IMG/VR virus record: IMGVR_UViG_3300017716_001925
Span: 1-36,102 of that record
DNA from: a virus
Lineage: Duplodnaviria; Caudoviricetes
Length of the DNA stretch: 36,102 bases
Reading direction: 5' to 3' (one strand)
Shown: positions 35,319 through 36,102 of the stretch, one piece after another
Position numbering within the stretch: position 1 is the first letter of the stretch
Layout of the letters: each line of letters opens with the position of its first letter
Position numbers and translations under genes: made by a program
The notes under the pieces: model-generated
The model's database searches: none
Seen by the model: the letters and a program-made list of their open reading frames with translations, nothing else
What the model was told of the DNA's origin: nothing

Positions 35319-35347
35319 AGTTGGCGCTTTGGAGGAGCGAACGCAGG

Positions 35348-35542
35348 CTATGCGATGCGGGCCAAGGGATCAAGCCCCTCGCTCAACAGGGCGAATCTCA
35401 CGGCAGCGGAGACCGACCCGTGAGCCTCCACAAGCCGGTCAAGGGCGTGAGACTCCTCCGACCGTGGGTCGAGTAGCAGTTCCACCCGGCGGCGTTTCTG
35501 GCGGTGCGCTGTGCTGGCGCGCTTCTGGGCTTCGGAGGTCAT
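35348..35542 (-). CDS. Small DNA-binding protein (ribbon-helix-helix-like)
   Basis: MTSEAQKRA...RRVELLL...SVSAAVRFAL. Confidence 0.65.
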   Translation of the reverse strand: MTSEAQKRASTAHRQKRRRVELLLDPRSEESHALDRLVEAHGSVSAAVRFALLSEGLDPLARIA

Positions 35543-35748
35543 TGGCTTGCGCCACGTTCGTTAAGGAACTTGGTGGTGCTGCGGACGACGCGCCTTGCAT
35601 CTTCTTCGGTTGCGGCGGTGCTGTCCGTAATGACCGCTCCAGTATGAGCGCTGCAAATTGTGAAGCGATAGACGCCGACTGCTTCGTTGACGATCTTGCG
35701 GTCGAAGCCGTAGCGGCGGTCTTTCAGGACGGTGCGGGCGGCGGTCAT
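35539..35748 (-). CDS. Hypothetical protein (MTAARTVLK...)
   Basis: AAGGAG RBS before ATG 35748. Confidence 0.7.
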   Translation of the reverse strand: MTAARTVLKDRRYGFDRKIVNEAVGVYRFTICSAHTGAVITDSTAATEEDARRVVRSTTKFLNERGASQ

Positions 35749-35772
35749 GTCGTCGTCTCCTTGTGTTCCCCA

Positions 35773-35801
35773 TATATGCCGGAACATAAGAGCGGTGTCA
35801 A
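35773..35801 (-). promoter_or_regulatory. Sigma70 promoter of the inserted two-gene cassette
   Basis: TTGACA-N17-CATATA just after the terL stop. Confidence 0.65.
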
Positions 35802-35819
35802 CCGGTATATAACATTATT

Positions 35820-36102
35820 TTACGCCCTCTCGCCCCTCGCGCTGGGCTGCATCGACAACAGGTCATCCCAGGTCATATCATTGACGCCCTTAGGGGCAGT
35901 CGCGACCTTAGGCGCTTCCGGCACAATCTCGCGATAGGCCATCGCCATGTAGCGCCATGCGTCTGCCGTGTGGCTTGTCCAGTCGTGTTTGGGGCTATCA
36001 CGAAAGGCGCGGGACTTTTCGTCATAGTCCGCCCGATACTGGCGCAGGCATTCCAGCCCGTCCTTGCACTTGTCGCGGTCAAACCAGACGCGAGGCATCA
36101 GG
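35820..36102 (-). CDS. terL: Terminase large subunit, 3' part (nuclease C-terminus)
   Basis: PKHDWTSHTADAWRY is a typical TerL nuclease-end motif. In frame with 1..1157. Confidence 0.93.
   Translation of the reverse strand, partial: LMPRVWFDRDKCKDGLECLRQYRADYDEKSRAFRDSPKHDWTSHTADAWRYMAMAYREIVPEAPKVATAPKGVNDMTWDDLLSMQPSARGERA
35980..36102. repeat. Terminal direct repeat, copy 2
   Basis: Identical to 1-123 and lies inside terL. Confidence 0.97.

Noticed and set aside
1-36102. Alternative genetic code or stop-codon readthrough
   Set aside because: Core genes are full length in the standard code, and TAA, TAG and TGA all serve as stops.

Overview
The window is an apparently complete, circularly assembled tailed-phage genome of about 35,979 bp. 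Bases 1-123 equal 35980-36102, and the terminase large subunit reads in frame across that join. The gene set is podovirus-like: terS/terL, portal, scaffold, major capsid, adaptor, tail nozzle, GNAT, three DNA-ejection proteins, collar tail fibre, beta-helix tailspike, holin, GH24 endolysin and spanins. A GapR/DUF2312 homologue points to an alphaproteobacterial host (inference). The early region is lambdoid-like and divergent. The right arm carries ERF, GapR and NinB; the left arm carries a Cro-like HTH, RusA-like, HNH, DnaA-C HTH, SSB-like and DUF1376 initiator genes. I see no CI repressor, integrase or partition gene. Most notable observations: (1) a GT-A plus Maf/DUF115-type double glycosyltransferase inside the capsid module, a candidate virion-glycosylation system; (2) a candidate antisense RNA plus leader peptide controlling the replication initiator; (3) a leaderless antisense membrane-protein gene overlapping the end of the last ejection gene; (4) accessory genes made of variable modules joined by near-identical in-frame DNA linkers. 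All family assignments come from motif recognition by eye, not database searches.
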